The notes: generated by a model not told the origin, from the sequence alone. DNA of 62,710 nt, filler included, from Dugesia japonica (GCA_001938525.1; 5 parts of 5 records of this genome joined end to end with filler, not necessarily neighbours in it), one strand, 5' to 3'. Shown: positions 41,189-54,756, counted from the whole stretch's first letter. Translations and numbers: made by a program.

Positions 41189-44100
41189 TAAATCAAAATG
41201 AATCATTAGTGAAGTTTACAATTAATTAGTGTAGACAAAAGAAAACACCTTCACAAATCATAGCCTTAAACTAGGCTGGATATTACTTACGACTTGTTCC
41301 TATTTATAAAGAATAATAATCTTAATCAAACGAGAAGACATAAGACTGGTGGTGAAATTACAAAAATTATTATTATTATTACAGCACTTAATAAAAATAA
41401 CAACTATCGTTATCAATGTCAAGTCTCATTATTGGGTGCATTATTTTCGGATTCACCCCCGTCAGCGATATTTCTCAGGTCCCATAAAGTGTTACCTATA
41501 TCACTGTATAATCTTGTGTTGGGAGGTAAATGCTCGACCAAGATGGGGGTCACTGATGGGCCTGCACGCCATTTGCTGGTAGTCGCAATCTCCTCACTAT
41601 TTATAGGTGAAAATGCCGTGGTAGAATGAAATACTTCTCGGCTTCGATCTGGGCCATCCCAAGCATAAAAAGCCTGGAGTTTGGCTTCGGCTCATTCCCG
41701 CTCGTTCTCAGCCTCCTTTGACAAATTTGAATAATCTATAAGAACACCCGCATTCCGATTATAGGGATTCGTATACTTCCTAAATATGGTGCGACCCGTG
41801 CGTCGATCCAACAAAACTTCCCATTTGTGATTCACTAAAAAAATAAAAAATGGTTTTTTATTTATAGACGAAATTTTGTTAAATCATTAATTAAATTTAT
41901 AAGAAACTCAAACAAAGATTTAACAATTTAATTATCCTTTAAAAAAACGTTAACTATAATACTTTCTTATTCAGCGTCGATATCCACATGAAAATTCAGT
42001 GGAACCATCTCAACGAAACAACATAAGTCAGTTTCGTCGGGATATTCGATTTTCTCCTGTGACAATATATAAGCGAGCAGTTGTCTTAACCTGACTGCCT
42101 TACGTTGTTACTTAATCTTCCAGAGCGCATGTTTTAGTTCCGCAGGCATTCTCTAAATATTATGAACGATTTAGACTTAGATTAAGGAATAGAAATATGA
42201 TGACCCCTAAGTGTAATACCGATAAAAAAATAAAACTTAAACGGTAAGTTCCGGTGCTTGCAAAAATAAAATTTAATTAAAATTGAGTGACGATCAAAAT
42301 GCAACAATGCCAATAACAAAGTGTCAAAAACATTGTTCATGATCATAATAAATAAAATCGCATAAAACCTTCCATAATAAGTTTGTTAATCAACTTTTTA
42401 CCTGCTATTATATTAAAACTGTTAGAGTGATCCTCAAAAATTAAAGGAATTATTAACTCGAAAACCGTCGGTAACTTTAAGCTGGGGAATCTGATACAAA
42501 CGACATTTAAACGAACAAAAACAAATAAAGTTGAATCATATAATAAATAACACATACAATAACTAAATAAGTTTTCTGATCTTAAAATCATGATTCCTGG
42601 ATGATAGCAGAACTCTAGTTTGAACAGGTTAACACATTATGTATACTCAGGACACTTCCACTGATAACTACCTACAACCCAGATTGATTTTTCTTGGGGG
42701 TGCAATTTGGATCATTACATTTTCCGGGTGATTTCCTATTGTCTTTTTATTGTCGAAACTTGCTCACATCGCTAGGGTTTGCCGAACATCTGTTACGCCA
42801 AGTGAGAGAAAAGAAATCAGTGCTTAGTTCTATAAGATGGATACGACCAAACAGTTATCTCGCACTACTTCGGGAGATTTTTTCGTCAAGAATGAGTATT
42901 TCGTTTTCTTCTGGCGAAACATTTCCACTCTTTAATTATATTATAGATTATACAAGAAATTCTTTTTCTGATGATTTAATCGATGATCATACGTGATTCC
43001 TTTGTCGCCTGAATTTTAACATCAAGTGGCAGATGCATGAATTGCTAGTGCCTTGCACATATTCACTCAACAAATTATGTTCATATCGGTGCATGGTTGT
43101 ATTAGATAAAATATCGGTATGTGCATTAGTATCGATTTTATTTCCTTTCCCCGACGTAACTACTGATTTAGCTATTGTGATAGTGAGGCAGCAGATGATC
43201 ACCAGATTTTCTTAAAGTAATGTACAGTTTATGAATGGTACCGATCGCATGTAACTAAAATTAGTAACACAAGAAGACCTTATTACTCAATGCGGTTGTC
43301 TAAAAATAAATCTTATAATATCAGGTAATCATTCCATGATTTATTAGCACAAATACTGAATGATTAAATTATTCAATAAATATTATATTTTATTAACAAT
43401 GATCTTCATTCACATAAACTATATGCAATAAAATGCATTAAAATAAAAAGATGAATTACTTACTAAGTGATTTGTTTTGTAAAATATTCTGCAACGGTGG
43501 CCTTTGATTAAGGCTATGGTTAGCTAATTAATGATTTCTACTGTGAATTATCTTCTGGCTCTTTTAGACTACTTTCTTCTACTAATCTAATAAAGTTCTC
43601 GGTTAATTAATTTATCAGTAACGGCGATCTTACAATTTTTTGGTAATCCAATTGAGTACGTAATGCTTCTTAAAAAATCTCGTTTTTTCGTGAACAAGTT
43701 TATACGTAAGTCACTCAAAGAATTTGTAGTAAAAGTTGTTGTTTTTCATCTAAAATTTGGGGTCCTTTTATAGGATTTTCTGAAGCTTCCCGACACCATT
43801 ACCATTGGTTACTTATTTTTAGTTTGAAATTTACATTTCTCATTGGAGATGTTACTAATTTTTAGATTTTTTTAGAGTTTTTTGTGCTTCAATTGGCTTC
43901 TATTTTTGGAGTGACATGTGATTGTCATTTCTTTGTCCTATTTTTATTTTTCGGCCCTTATTGGTTCATTCTCCCAACCCTTGTAAAAACCTTCTGCATG
44001 GTCGTAAGATTTTCTATTGACAAGATCCTAATACTTCGGCACAAATTCTTCTCGAATTTTCTTGTACCAAGCTCCTGTGACTTTCCTGGGCAAAGTTATT

Positions 44101-44671
44101 CGTATAAAACGAATTTTTGAATTATTTTGTTTTATTTTATTTCAAAATTAATTGACATTTTCTGGTAAATAATTGTTTTCCTTTAATAATTTTCTTGGCT
44201 TTTATTATTAATTTAATAATTTCTTTTAATTCTTGGCATTGATGCGTGTTAGCTTTATTCACCCCGGTTCTTCGTATCCATTTTCACTTTTATTTTTTTT
44301 AACGGTTATTTTCATTATAGCCTATCTGGATTCTTAATTGTTTCTCCTTTTGAATTCCATTATTGATGATTATAATAGCCCTTTTGTTCTTCTTTACTGA
44401 TTTGAGATTTTGGGCCTTCTTTTCTTTTCTAANNNNNNNNNNNNNNNNNNNNNNNNNNNNNNNNNNNNNNNNNNNNNNNNNNNNNNNNNNNNNNNNNNNN
44501 NNNNNNNNNNNNNNNNNNNNNNNNNNNNNNNNNNNNNNNNNNNNNNNNNNNNNNNNNNNNNNNNNNNNNNNNNNNNNNNNNNNNNNNNNNNNNNNNNNNN
44601 NNNNNNNNNNNNNNNNNNNNNNNNNNNNNNNNNNNNNNNNNNNNNNNNNNNNNNNNNNNNNNNNNNNNNNN

Positions 44672-46102
44672 TATACCAGCGATAGGTAAACTCGAAATTC
44701 AAAAGAATGTCACAAGAAGGAAAATGAAGAATACAGACAAAAGAAAGAGTCAGACCAGTTACCAAAAGGAATAATTAAAGAAAAAACCGAAATTAAGGAA
44801 CTGAATATGGAGGATGATCAGTAACCTATTAAGTCGCAAAAAGAGAAAAGAAATGTTGGAAGACACAAACAGACTAAGAGAACAAAGAAAGAACAATTAA
44901 TAACAGTAGAAATTAATTCATTAACTGAAAGAAAGAAAGTCAAAAATAATGAATAATTAACGTACAGAAAATAAATTAAATGAATTAATTAGTAGAAGAA
45001 AACAGCGAAATTAAATCAAATTTATATCGGGAGAACAAAGAAATAAACATATAATTAAATTTTATGAATAAAATAAAATAAAATAATTTATTTATTTAAA
45101 TAAAATAAATTATATGAATTAAAATGATTTATTTTGAAGCAGAAAACAAATTATTTGTCAAAAATAAGAAAAATGAAGGTTTTCGATAGTTAAAATTGGC
45201 AGATAAGAAAATTATGGACAAGAAAAAATCGGGGAATTCAAAAATGCAAGTTAGGAAAAAGAAAAGATCCAGAGAAAAGTTATAAGGATCTGAATGTTGA
45301 CCAATAGAACTCCAGTAATTTTGGAATTCCAAAATTCTACCCAATAAGAAGAAATCCTGTGATAAAATTAAAATAACCGGCCAATAAAAATGCCAAGAAT
45401 AATAGAAGGAACGAGGGGGTGAAGAGAAACCGGTATAAATACCGATGAAATTTTCACCAAAATATCATCCTTTTTATCAAAAAAATACTGATGTTGAACG
45501 GAAAATTTTTAATTATCACAGAAGTTGATTATTTTTGCTATTTGATTACTGGTGCAACGATTTTTGGCTCGACTCGAAAATGAAAGATTATGGAGGACCT
45601 CTTGAATCGTTAATGACTACTGAAATAGTGTCAATTCACATGCTATGCTTGCTCCAGATCGGGATTCAGGTCATGTTAGTTGTTTTGCTTATTATAATTG
45701 TTAAATTTATGTACAAGTGACAGTAAAATTTATAATATATTTTTCACTTGTTAAACTTGTTTCTTTTTATTTTTTATTGATTAATTGAACCATAAACTAG
45801 AAAAATCATGATTAATTACGATTAAAATAGATAATACGCTAAAATAGAAACGGATAAAATAAGAGTTACTAGGAGAATAAATAGTAAGAATCAAGTATGA
45901 TTGAAAAACCAAGCGAGTATTATGAAATATGAACCCAAACCAAAGGAGTGCAAGTCTGTACTCGGATTCTGAGTCAACGGCTTCATTCCAAAGATCGAGA
46001 TTTTTGGGGACACCAGATTAAATTCTTTTCGTGGTTTACTAAGCCAACCACCTCAGCCTTGATTATTAAAAAATCACCCCCCCCCTAGATGAAACCCCAA
46101 CA
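44672..46102 (+). mobile_element. ~1.5-kb LTR, empty-site copy of the 51146-55895 LTR; left end lies in the N gap
   Basis: Colinear with 51177-52254 plus 55465-55895. TATAAATA at 45434; ends CCCCAACA. Confidence 0.85.
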
Positions 46103-46296
46103 TTATTATTATTATTATTATTATAATTATTATTGTAATGACTTTTAATCATATTACATTTTAAATTAAAAATATACTTTAAGCAAATTCATTTTGTTTA
46201 AATATTATATTTTAATAGAAAAGCATAAATTAGAATTTATAAAATATTGCCATGTTTGTCTCGTACTATGGAATCAAAATTGTACGAACTCATCAC

Positions 46297-48135
46297 TGGT
46301 GTCAGAAGCTGTTCACACGAGAGCACTCAAATAACTACAAAATTTCCACAATACTTCGAATATCCATCAATGTTGTTCAAGCAAGTTGAAGCAATCTTCA
46401 GGATTTCAAGAATATGAAGAGAAGATTCCAATCTTCTCATGACGGATGGAAGGAAAACCACTGATACATCAATGACCGACATTAGAGCAAAATGGTTCTC
46501 CATACAGAAGAAGTTAAAGAGTGAGATCACGGATCTGAAACAAAGGAATGCACAACTCAGAAGTAAAATTGATAAGATGAAGGAAAGAGAACTGTTGCTA
46601 TCACAAACATGCCGAGCCATGGCAGATATTATTAAGGCCTACGCGGATCAGGCAGGAGTACTGATTTTTAAGTTTTTATGCCCGTTTTTAAATTTCTTTT
46701 AAATTTTTATGCCCGTTTTTTTACTAAGCCTATTTTAAAATGTCTATGAAATATTTTATAACATATTTTAAATTTGATGGTAATTTTTATTTTTTATTTA
46801 TTTGCCAGGGGAGGGGGGTTTTAGGGGGGTCTTCAATGAAAAATCAATGCGGGCAATGCGCCACTATCTACCTACAATCTTATCTACAACTTACTGTCAG
46901 CAGTTCTAGCTACAGAATCCGAAACACCATATACAGTTCTTCGAGAAGCTTAAATCAGCAGTAGCAAACTACCAATCTCAAAACATGTGGATAAAATGCT
47001 TCTCCTCGAACCTCTGGGAGATCAAAGACCATCAGATCGCCTTCAACAACTAGGGAAACACTTCCAAGTGATAGAACCAAATTACAAAGGTACAGACAAT
47101 AGCATGCTGTTAATAGATGCCTTCATAAGAGCAATGCCTCAAAGTATCAAGCCTTATCTCGTCTCTAAGGAAAGCTGCTCATTGACAGAACTAGGACAAT
47201 TGGCTGACAGACTTGCGCAAATTGAATCTTCACAAATTTTACACAGCATCTCAAGTCAAACAAATACAAGCAAAATACAGGAGCTACGAGATGAGATAAA
47301 TCAACTTCAAATGGTTTATGCACAAAAGTCAATATGAACAGATGGAACTTGCTATTACCAGCGCAAATATGAAAAATTAGCCACAAAATGCCGTGAGCCA
47401 TATGATTGGAATTCTAAACAAACACAGGAAAACAGCAAAGGGTCTCAATAATTCCAGTGATTGAAAACCCTATCACTATTGAACCGGAACTCATCTCTAC
47501 AATATTGACTGTTCCAGCAAATTATCAAAGTCAGGTAATAAATTTTCTAATCGACACAGGATCAGATGTTAGTATTCTATCAGCCAAACAATTTCACATC
47601 GATCAATGTGAAACTACCAAACAACTAATTTCAGCTGGTGGTAGCACAATTCTAACTCGAGGACAACGCACTTTAAGCTTTAACATCGTTGGACTTCCAC
47701 AAAAATTCAAGTGGAGATTGATTGTCGCAGAAGTTCGTCAACCGATATTGGGATCAGACTTTTTCAGACATAATGGCATTATAATAGACTGTCGAAGGAA
47801 TCGTATTATTCTTGACAACAACACTGCGCAAGAATCACAAAAGAATGATCATTCCAATAGAACAGCGCACAATTATAATCTACAACACAAACCAGAACTT
47901 TGAATCATGAAAACTGGACCACCTATATCTCAAAGATCTCGAAGGCTAGCTGGAACAATACTTGAAACAGTTCGCCATAAATTTGACAAAACTTCTAGAA
48001 AAAGGAATTGTCAGAAGAAACACGAGCACCAGGGCATCAACGTTGATTGTTGTCAAAAAGAAAGATAATACCTATCGCCCATGCTGTGACTACCAGCTAC
48101 TAAATTCAGTTCCCATTCCTGACAGGTATCCTTTA
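46297..48135 (+). mobile_element. Gypsy internal region: PBS, gag, aspartic protease, 5' RT; truncated
   Basis: TGGTGTCAGAAG PBS (tRNA-Leu-type 3' complement); KFPQYF..LFKQVEAIF; LGDQRPS; FLIDTGSDVSIL..ILGSDFF; IVVKKKDNTYRPCCDYQLLN..PDRYPL. Confidence 0.9.
46439..46702 (+). CDS. 'MADIIK'-family coiled-coil ORF lying inside gag
   Basis: KW..QKKLKSEITDLK..MKERELLLSQTCRAMADIIKAYADQ aligns with 48149-48469 and 54757-55130. Confidence 0.6.
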   Translation: MTDGRKTTDTSMTDIRAKWFSIQKKLKSEITDLKQRNAQLRSKIDKMKERELLLSQTCRAMADIIKAYADQAGVLIFKFLCPFLNFF

Positions 48136-48139
48136 TTAA

Positions 48140-50900
48140 TTTGCATTACTACAAGTCCAGGTACACCGTGGCATTATTCTTTCTTGGTTCCTTCGGTGGA
48201 CTTCGGTACAACAGCCACATCGATCTTAAATTATGAAATAACGTCACCTCTCGATCGGTGAAGATCTTTATGATGTCCGCCATTAATCGGTTGGCTTGTT
48301 GCAGAGCCACCTCCTTTTCTTTCAACTGTTGGTATTTAGTGGTATGCTTTGTTGCCTGGCTCTTCAACTGCAACACTTCATTTCGCAGCCCTCGACGTCT
48401 CTCCTTCCACTTCTTCTGCATATTAAGTACTTCTTTCATGGTTATTTTATTTTCCGCTGTTCTGTCCACTAAATCATAATGAAAATTTAAAATGTTTTAG
48501 CACTACAAACGAATTAGATAGGCAAGCAAAACAATATTATAATTAAACTTGTAATCGACAAAATTTCAAATATGAAAACGACCAATGTGTGAACACTCAA
48601 ATGCAACAATCACTTGTGTCTCGAAACAATAATAACACCCGAATGAAAATTTAAATATAACAATGTCATGACACCACTGCCTTTGCAAAACTTTTGCTCT
48701 GAATCGTGTCTTACATATCACACTCTTTAACGCAAATAATTTCATTAAAATTGAACAAAAATTTCTCAACTCGAAAATTACACTCTAATAATTTCATTGA
48801 TAGTACAATTTATTCAGGCACAGTACCGCTCAAGCCCATCAAATCTTGTATTATCTCACGTTCCGCTGCTTCTTCGTCCATCTCGGCAGCATGTGAAAGA
48901 CAGTAAGTACTAACGATTTTCAGTGGATCACCGGAGAGCTCCTCTTTGAGTTGTTTTATCTGGAACATCGGGGACTCTCGTGCCATTTGAATCTGGAATT
49001 CCAATGATCTGATTCTCGTATTTTTCATTGCCAGCTGCAGACGGACAGTCTTATTGTCAGCCTCTAAATTCCTGATTTCATCGCGCTGAATTTCCGTCTA
49101 CTTCTTCATCTACGCCTGTACTTTGTTCCATTCAATATAATAACGTCCCGCCTCATCAATGTAAGGCCATACATAACGAGGTCTTTAAAGTGATCGTTTG
49201 TTCTTCATCACCTAATAAATGCAAAGTAAACAATATTTATAAATGGAAATATAAATGAGTTCATAATATCAATGATGGATCAGTTTTTATTACGGTTTCT
49301 TCGGCCCGCGGCCTATTATTTTGTTTCCACCGCTGTATAACACGAACCAGAGAAGATGATCACTTAAAGCAAGCATCTTTTCTCGTTCCGGTTATCGTCA
49401 AGCTCTATTAAGAATTCCTTACATCGTTACCATGCAATTTTCCCTGTAGAGATGGTACAAAATGTCTCCTTTCATAATAATAACGATATTAAAAATATAA
49501 ATTAAAAACAGACGCCAATACTGACTAGTTATCGAATTCATTTTTAACTAACTTAATTTTTTGACTGTATCATCAATTACTGCATTGAACCATGAGGTTA
49601 ATATTCATTTACAAAATTTTTATTTTTCGAGAAAATAATTAGTAATAAATAAAATAAAATATATGCCAATTAACCTATTTAAAATTATAGACTGAGCAAA
49701 ATTAAATAATGAATATAATATTTATTATCAGAATTTTCTTTATCGACAAAAATTAAATAAAAATAAAATTTACAAAACCTATAACGTTCATGATTAAAAA
49801 AATTCATATCTCAAATAAAATAAATAGAAGTTGAACATCGATAATCTCTTCCACATAATTGACCAAGCTCCCCAACGTTCCTCGTTTGAACATTACCATA
49901 TTTTACGATTAATTACCCTTAACCTCGACTCGATACATTTCACACCAATCCTTTCTACTCATCTCATAATACTCTTGTACCCTCTTTTCATATCTTTATT
50001 TCCTATCGGCAATAATAAATTTCAATAAATTTCAATATTTCAATATATTTCAATAAATTTTTAAATCTTCTCATTGCTCTCTTGTCATTCTCTCCTGTCT
50101 TACATCGAATTAAATCAAAATATCATTTTTCATAAACAGGAGCCTGGTCATTCAGATGAAATTGATTTTCGGTAATGGCACTCAGAAAAATATTTACAGC
50201 AAAATGTTACAAACAATTAATAATAATACTTGTTTTAATTTCGAAATCGTTTGTCCAAAGATTTAAATCGACTATACTAGTAATATTTGCTTATGTTGAA
50301 AAATACTAAAGAATGATACTATCAAAATTTATTTTAAATTATGCTATCTTTTGTCCTCATCATCTGGTTTTATTCTTCGTTGTAGTAAGACATTTTGGCC
50401 CTCGATTAGCCTGCCAATGATTTTATGATTTTCTCTCTCCGAGTTTCCCGATTGGTTTCCCCTTCCTCGTGTTTGGTGTACATCTCTCAGTGTTTTTGCA
50501 TGTGAACTCAGACATTTCGGATTTCGATAAGTTTCGACTGTCACCTCGAATGTGACCTCTTATTAATCCGTTGGGTTCCATGCAAAGTCCTTGCCTGATT
50601 CCTGGTGAATAAGCAGTTTTCGTAGTTTATTTGCGAGTATTATCACCCGATTCAGACAAGACAATATGACTGGACCAAACTTAATTATCTTTATAATAAT
50701 ATCAAACGCTAATTAGCGTTATTTATAATAAACAAAACTGGTCGTAGAGACCCTTCTAATATTTTATTATATTATTGTAGATTATTTTTATTATTTAATT
50801 CGTCATATCCTTTTATCTCATATAATTTTCATTCAAATGTGATGACATTTGGGTCTTCTACGCCTGATTTTCGATTTTCGACATTTTCATAAATAATTTC
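48140..50900 (-). mobile_element. Truncated homolog of the 52255-55460 gene cassette
   Basis: Same order: WNxT..VTVE ORF (~50690-50340), conserved hairpin/GGCC block (~49290-49400), coiled-coil ORF B (~49210-48810), MADIIK ORF (48469-48149). Confidence 0.75.
48149..48469 (-). CDS. 'MADIIK'-family coiled-coil ORF, intact frame
   Basis: KKWKERRRGLRNEVLQLK..KEKEVALQQANRLMADIIKIFTDR..LRSMWLLYRSP. Confidence 0.7.
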   Translation of the reverse strand: MDRTAENKITMKEVLNMQKKWKERRRGLRNEVLQLKSQATKHTTKYQQLKEKEVALQQANRLMADIIKIFTDREVTLFHNLRSMWLLYRSPPKEPRKNNATVYLDL

Positions 50901-50901
50901 A

Positions 50902-50925
50902 TAATAATTATTATAATAATAATTA

Positions 50926-50983
<58 letters not shown>
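50902..50983. repeat. (TAA)n microsatellite
   Basis: Direct reading. Confidence 0.95.
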
Positions 50984-51083
50984 NNNNNNNNNNNNNNNNN
51001 NNNNNNNNNNNNNNNNNNNNNNNNNNNTTAATTAATTAANNNNNNNNNNNNNNNNNNNNNNNNNNNNNNNNNNNNNNNNNNNN
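50984..51083. other. Artificial contig spacer
   Basis: N44-TTAATTAATTAA-N44. Confidence 0.95.
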
Positions 51084-53225
51084 TTAGAATATTTAAAAAT
51101 TAATTAGAATTAAGTATTTAAATATGATATTTTAAGTAATGCATCTGTTGGGGTGAATCACTTGATATTGAAAAATAAACCAGCAATTAGGTACACCTGA
51201 AATTCGAAAGAATGTATACGAAATAAAACGAAGAATACAAACAACAGAAGGAGTAAAATCAGTTACGGAAAGGAATAATTGAAGAAAAAGACCGTGATTA
51301 CCGAACTAAAGAAGGAGAGATGACTCGTACAAAGAGAAGGAAATGTTGAAAAAACACAAACGGACTGAAAGAACAAAAAAAGGACAATTGATAACAAATA
51401 AAATTAATTCATTAACTAAAAGAAAGAAAGTCAAAGAAAATGGATTATCATCTCACAGAAAATAAATAAAAACGAATTAATTAGCAAAAGAAAACAGCGA
51501 AATTAAATTAAAGTTAATCAGGAAGACAAAGAAATGAACAANNNNNNNNNNNNNNNNNNNNNNNNNNNNNNNNNNNNNNNNNNNNNNNNNNNNNNNNNNN
51601 NNNNTAAAATAAATCTAAGAATTTAAAATAAATTATTTTTAAAAGAAAAATAATTGTTTCATGAAAAATGGCAAAAACAACGACTTTCCATAGTGAAAAA
51701 TTAGCAATTAAAATGGTTCTGGTCTAGAAAAAATCGGAAATCTTGAAAATCTAAGTTAAAAAATCGTTAGGAAAAAAGATACAAGGGTTGGAAGGTTGAC
51801 CAATAGATTCTAAGTCCAAAAATATCAACCAATAAAAGAGCTCACATGACGTTCAAGCCAATGGAAACGTCAGAAAAGTCGTACTATTCCAAATAACCAA
51901 TGAACGAAATTGGGGTGTGAAGAGAAACCGGTATAAATACCGATGAAAATTTCACCAAAAATCAATCTTTATCAGGGAAAATATCGAGTTTGACCGGAAA
52001 ATATTCAATTATCACAAAAGGTGATTATTTTTACTCTTTGATTCATGGTGCAACGATTTNNNNNNNNNNNNNNNNNNNNNNNNNNGGAACCCACAATAAT
52101 CAGTGTCGTTATGAAGATGGGGATCCAAGTTCATGGTTAATTGTTACGCAATTGGTGGTCATGATAAATACAATAAATCCTGTGTGCTTGCTCCGGATCG
52201 GGATTCAGTCATGTTAGTTGTTTGCTTATTATAATCGTTAAATTTATGTACCAGTGTTGGGCTAGAACACCAAAAATGGTGAAATAATAGAGTATGCAAA
52301 GATTGGCAAAATATTCCGAAAGTAAAGAAAAGTAAATATAAGATGGATGAGCTGGACCAGAAAATTGATTATTATGCATAAAATTATTATTATTATTGTT
52401 GTTATTATTATTATAATTATTATGAGAATATTATAAATAACGAAAATAAAAAATTGGGCAGGAAAGAACCAAATTTTATGTTACAAAACTGAAAATAATA
52501 TTAGAAGAAAGGAAANNNNNNNNNNNNNNNNNNNNNNNNNNNNNNNNNNNNNNNNNNNNNNNNNNNNNNNNNNNNNNNNNNNNNNNNNNNNNNNNNNNNN
52601 NNNNNNNNNNNNNNNNNNNNNNNNNNNNNNNNNNNNNNNNNNNNNNNNNNNNNNNNNNNNNNNNNNNNAGCTGATGAAAAATAACACGAAAATAATCAGC
52701 AGATTAGCTGAATCATTCCCTGCTAGACAAGGACTTTCTCTTGGTAACAATCCGAGGTCACACGAGGTGACTGACTGGAGAAACTAAGTCCTTTCCGAAG
52801 CGATGTATCGAAATTCGTACGACACAACACAACAATGAAGACGAAGACAACAACCAATCAGAAACCCGGATTGGACGAAAAACGAAGACGATTGGCGAGC
52901 AAATGAAGCAGGCCAAGTTGGGGTGTAAACGATTAATAAAACTCGTTTGCACCAGAGAATTAAACAGAAAATTTTTAAAATTTTAAAAAGAAAAAAAATA
53001 TTTTACTTAACGAAATTTTATTTTTTAACTATTCATTGGTAAAAACAATTTGGAAATTGCCACCAACTCGTGTCAAGAAGAAGAAAGACAAACCCACAAA
53101 TTTATTATCCAAATTTTTCGGAAAAAGGAGAATTGAAATAAATTCGATTAGTAAGCAATATTTTTTTTATTATTTTATCAAATTTCAAAAATAAAAACCT
53201 TTATTTTTTTCGTTTTCTACATGTG

Positions 53226-53500
53226 ATGCCGAGTGCCCTTGAAACGGTCATACTGCTAGTATCAAGAAAATTAGATGGAGAAATTATGGCCGAAATCTTA
53301 GGGTGGCAGAAAGTTGGAATTCAAAAATGGAATAGAACCAGAGAATTTGATGGGAAAATTATGCAGATCAGAAGGGTGACAGTCGAGTAACAGTATAAAA
53401 TTATTGAAGTTGAAATGACGGACGAACGATAAATTTGTTGGATTGTACCTGATAGAAAATGTCGCCAGAAATTGAATGATTTATGAGAGCTCGATTAATA
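53226..53500 (+). pseudogene. Cassette ORF A (orphan, disrupted)
   Basis: LETVILLVSRKL..KWNRT..RVTVE aligns with LNRVIILANKL..AWNPT..EVTVE at ~50690-50530 (-). Confidence 0.45.
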
Positions 53501-54029
53501 CCTTTGTTGTTTTTTAAATAATGCGTTGTAGCAGGCGGAACCGTGTCGTTAATGCTGAATTGACTTGAAATATTATAGTTTTGTAGTTGTGATTTCCACT
53601 TGTTATCTTTTAATTTTTATCATTTAATAATAAGAGGGTATTGAACTAATTTCAGTATTATAATACCTAAATTAAAAACGTGATTTCAATTGGTACTCAT
53701 TCATTTTTATAATTATAGCAGTAACCAATTTTGTGAAAATTTATAATTTAATTTTTTTTCTACCGCCAGAGAAGTATTTTTTTATTTACATCTCTTTTAT
53801 TTTACATCTCTTGCGAGAGTTCCATAAACATGAGAACGAGGAAAGATGATGGTTAAATCGTCATCTTCTCTGGTTCGCATATTCGGAGCAAGGAATCAGA
53901 ACTGATAGGCCGCAGGCCGAAGAAACTATAGCCAATTATTTATCTCATTGATCAATTATTGCTTAAAATTATACTTATATTCATGCCAAAAGAATAATTA
54001 AATTTAAATATTTTTTTATTATACAGATT

Positions 54030-54497
54030 ATGACAGTCTATTTTAAACCGCACATCTTGCTTGTGCTTACGAATGACGGAGAGGAGGGAACTTTCTGGAT
54101 TCCCTGGAGAAACGCGGTGGAATTGTTGGATGAACAGAAAGCGGTATACGAAAAAGGAAAAACTGATTTACTCTACAAAGGCGGCCAACTGGTTACGAAA
54201 TTCCGGGGCCTAAAACAATAGCTAAGGGATACCAAATCGAAGTTGCTGTTATGTCAACAAGAAAATGATAGACTCCGGCAGGGGAGACAAGCAATTAGAG
54301 AAAGTACGGAAAACTTGATTCGGCAACAAATGGAGCATAATTTATTATTGGGTCAGGTTTTGGCACTGACACCTGAAAGCACACAGGAGTCGAGTGGTGT
54401 CCAGCAGTTGGTCATCGTAAAGAGTAGCTTGCGACAAAGAATCAAAAAAAATTTTGAGTATTTCGGGATTTTGATCTTGTTTTTCAATTTTTATTAA
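54030..54497 (+). pseudogene. Cassette ORF B (coiled coil, one in-frame TAG)
   Basis: The two track ORFs share a frame. GEEGTFWIPW resembles DEAGRYYIEW at ~49160 (-). Confidence 0.5.
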
Positions 54498-54756
54498 AGA
54501 GGTCTAAGTGATATGTATGTCACTCAATGGTTACTAATTGTGAAATCTGCAGAGGCAGTAGTAGATAGAAATGTATGTTATCAAATCTAAATTTTTTTTG
54601 GTGTAAGCCAAACACAGAGTCAATTTTCTTTTATTCTAATAACAATCGGTTAACGTTAACTAAGTTTGGGTTCCTTTACTGGAGTATTACTTTAGTTCAT
54701 TTAAAATTTATTATAATCGTATTAGTGTTACAGATATTAAATGTTGACATTTATTA

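Larger units (their letters stand above)
40167..44432 (-). mobile_element. Divergent gene-bearing long-LTR-like unit (>4.2 kb, ends not visible)
   Basis: The 5' part matches the U3-like region of the 51146 LTR (TACAAGGGTTGG, CCAAT boxes, TCACATG, TATA at 43766-43772). The 3' part matches CCCAAA(C/A)CAAAGG. Small coiled-coil ORFs lie between. Confidence 0.65.

Noticed and set aside
46439-46702. Extra ORF upstream of gag
   Set aside because: A gag N-terminal motif lies before it at ~46340-46415, so it interrupts gag rather than preceding it.
7110-52750. Numerous track ORFs made mostly of X, or antisense to real genes and TEs
   Set aside because: These are artefacts of N runs or shadow frames, with no motifs.
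53903-53928. CTGATAGGCCGCAGGCCGAAGAAAC as a hammerhead ribozyme
   Set aside because: It lacks G8 and a clean GAAA, and the homologous copy at ~49300 has no CUGA.
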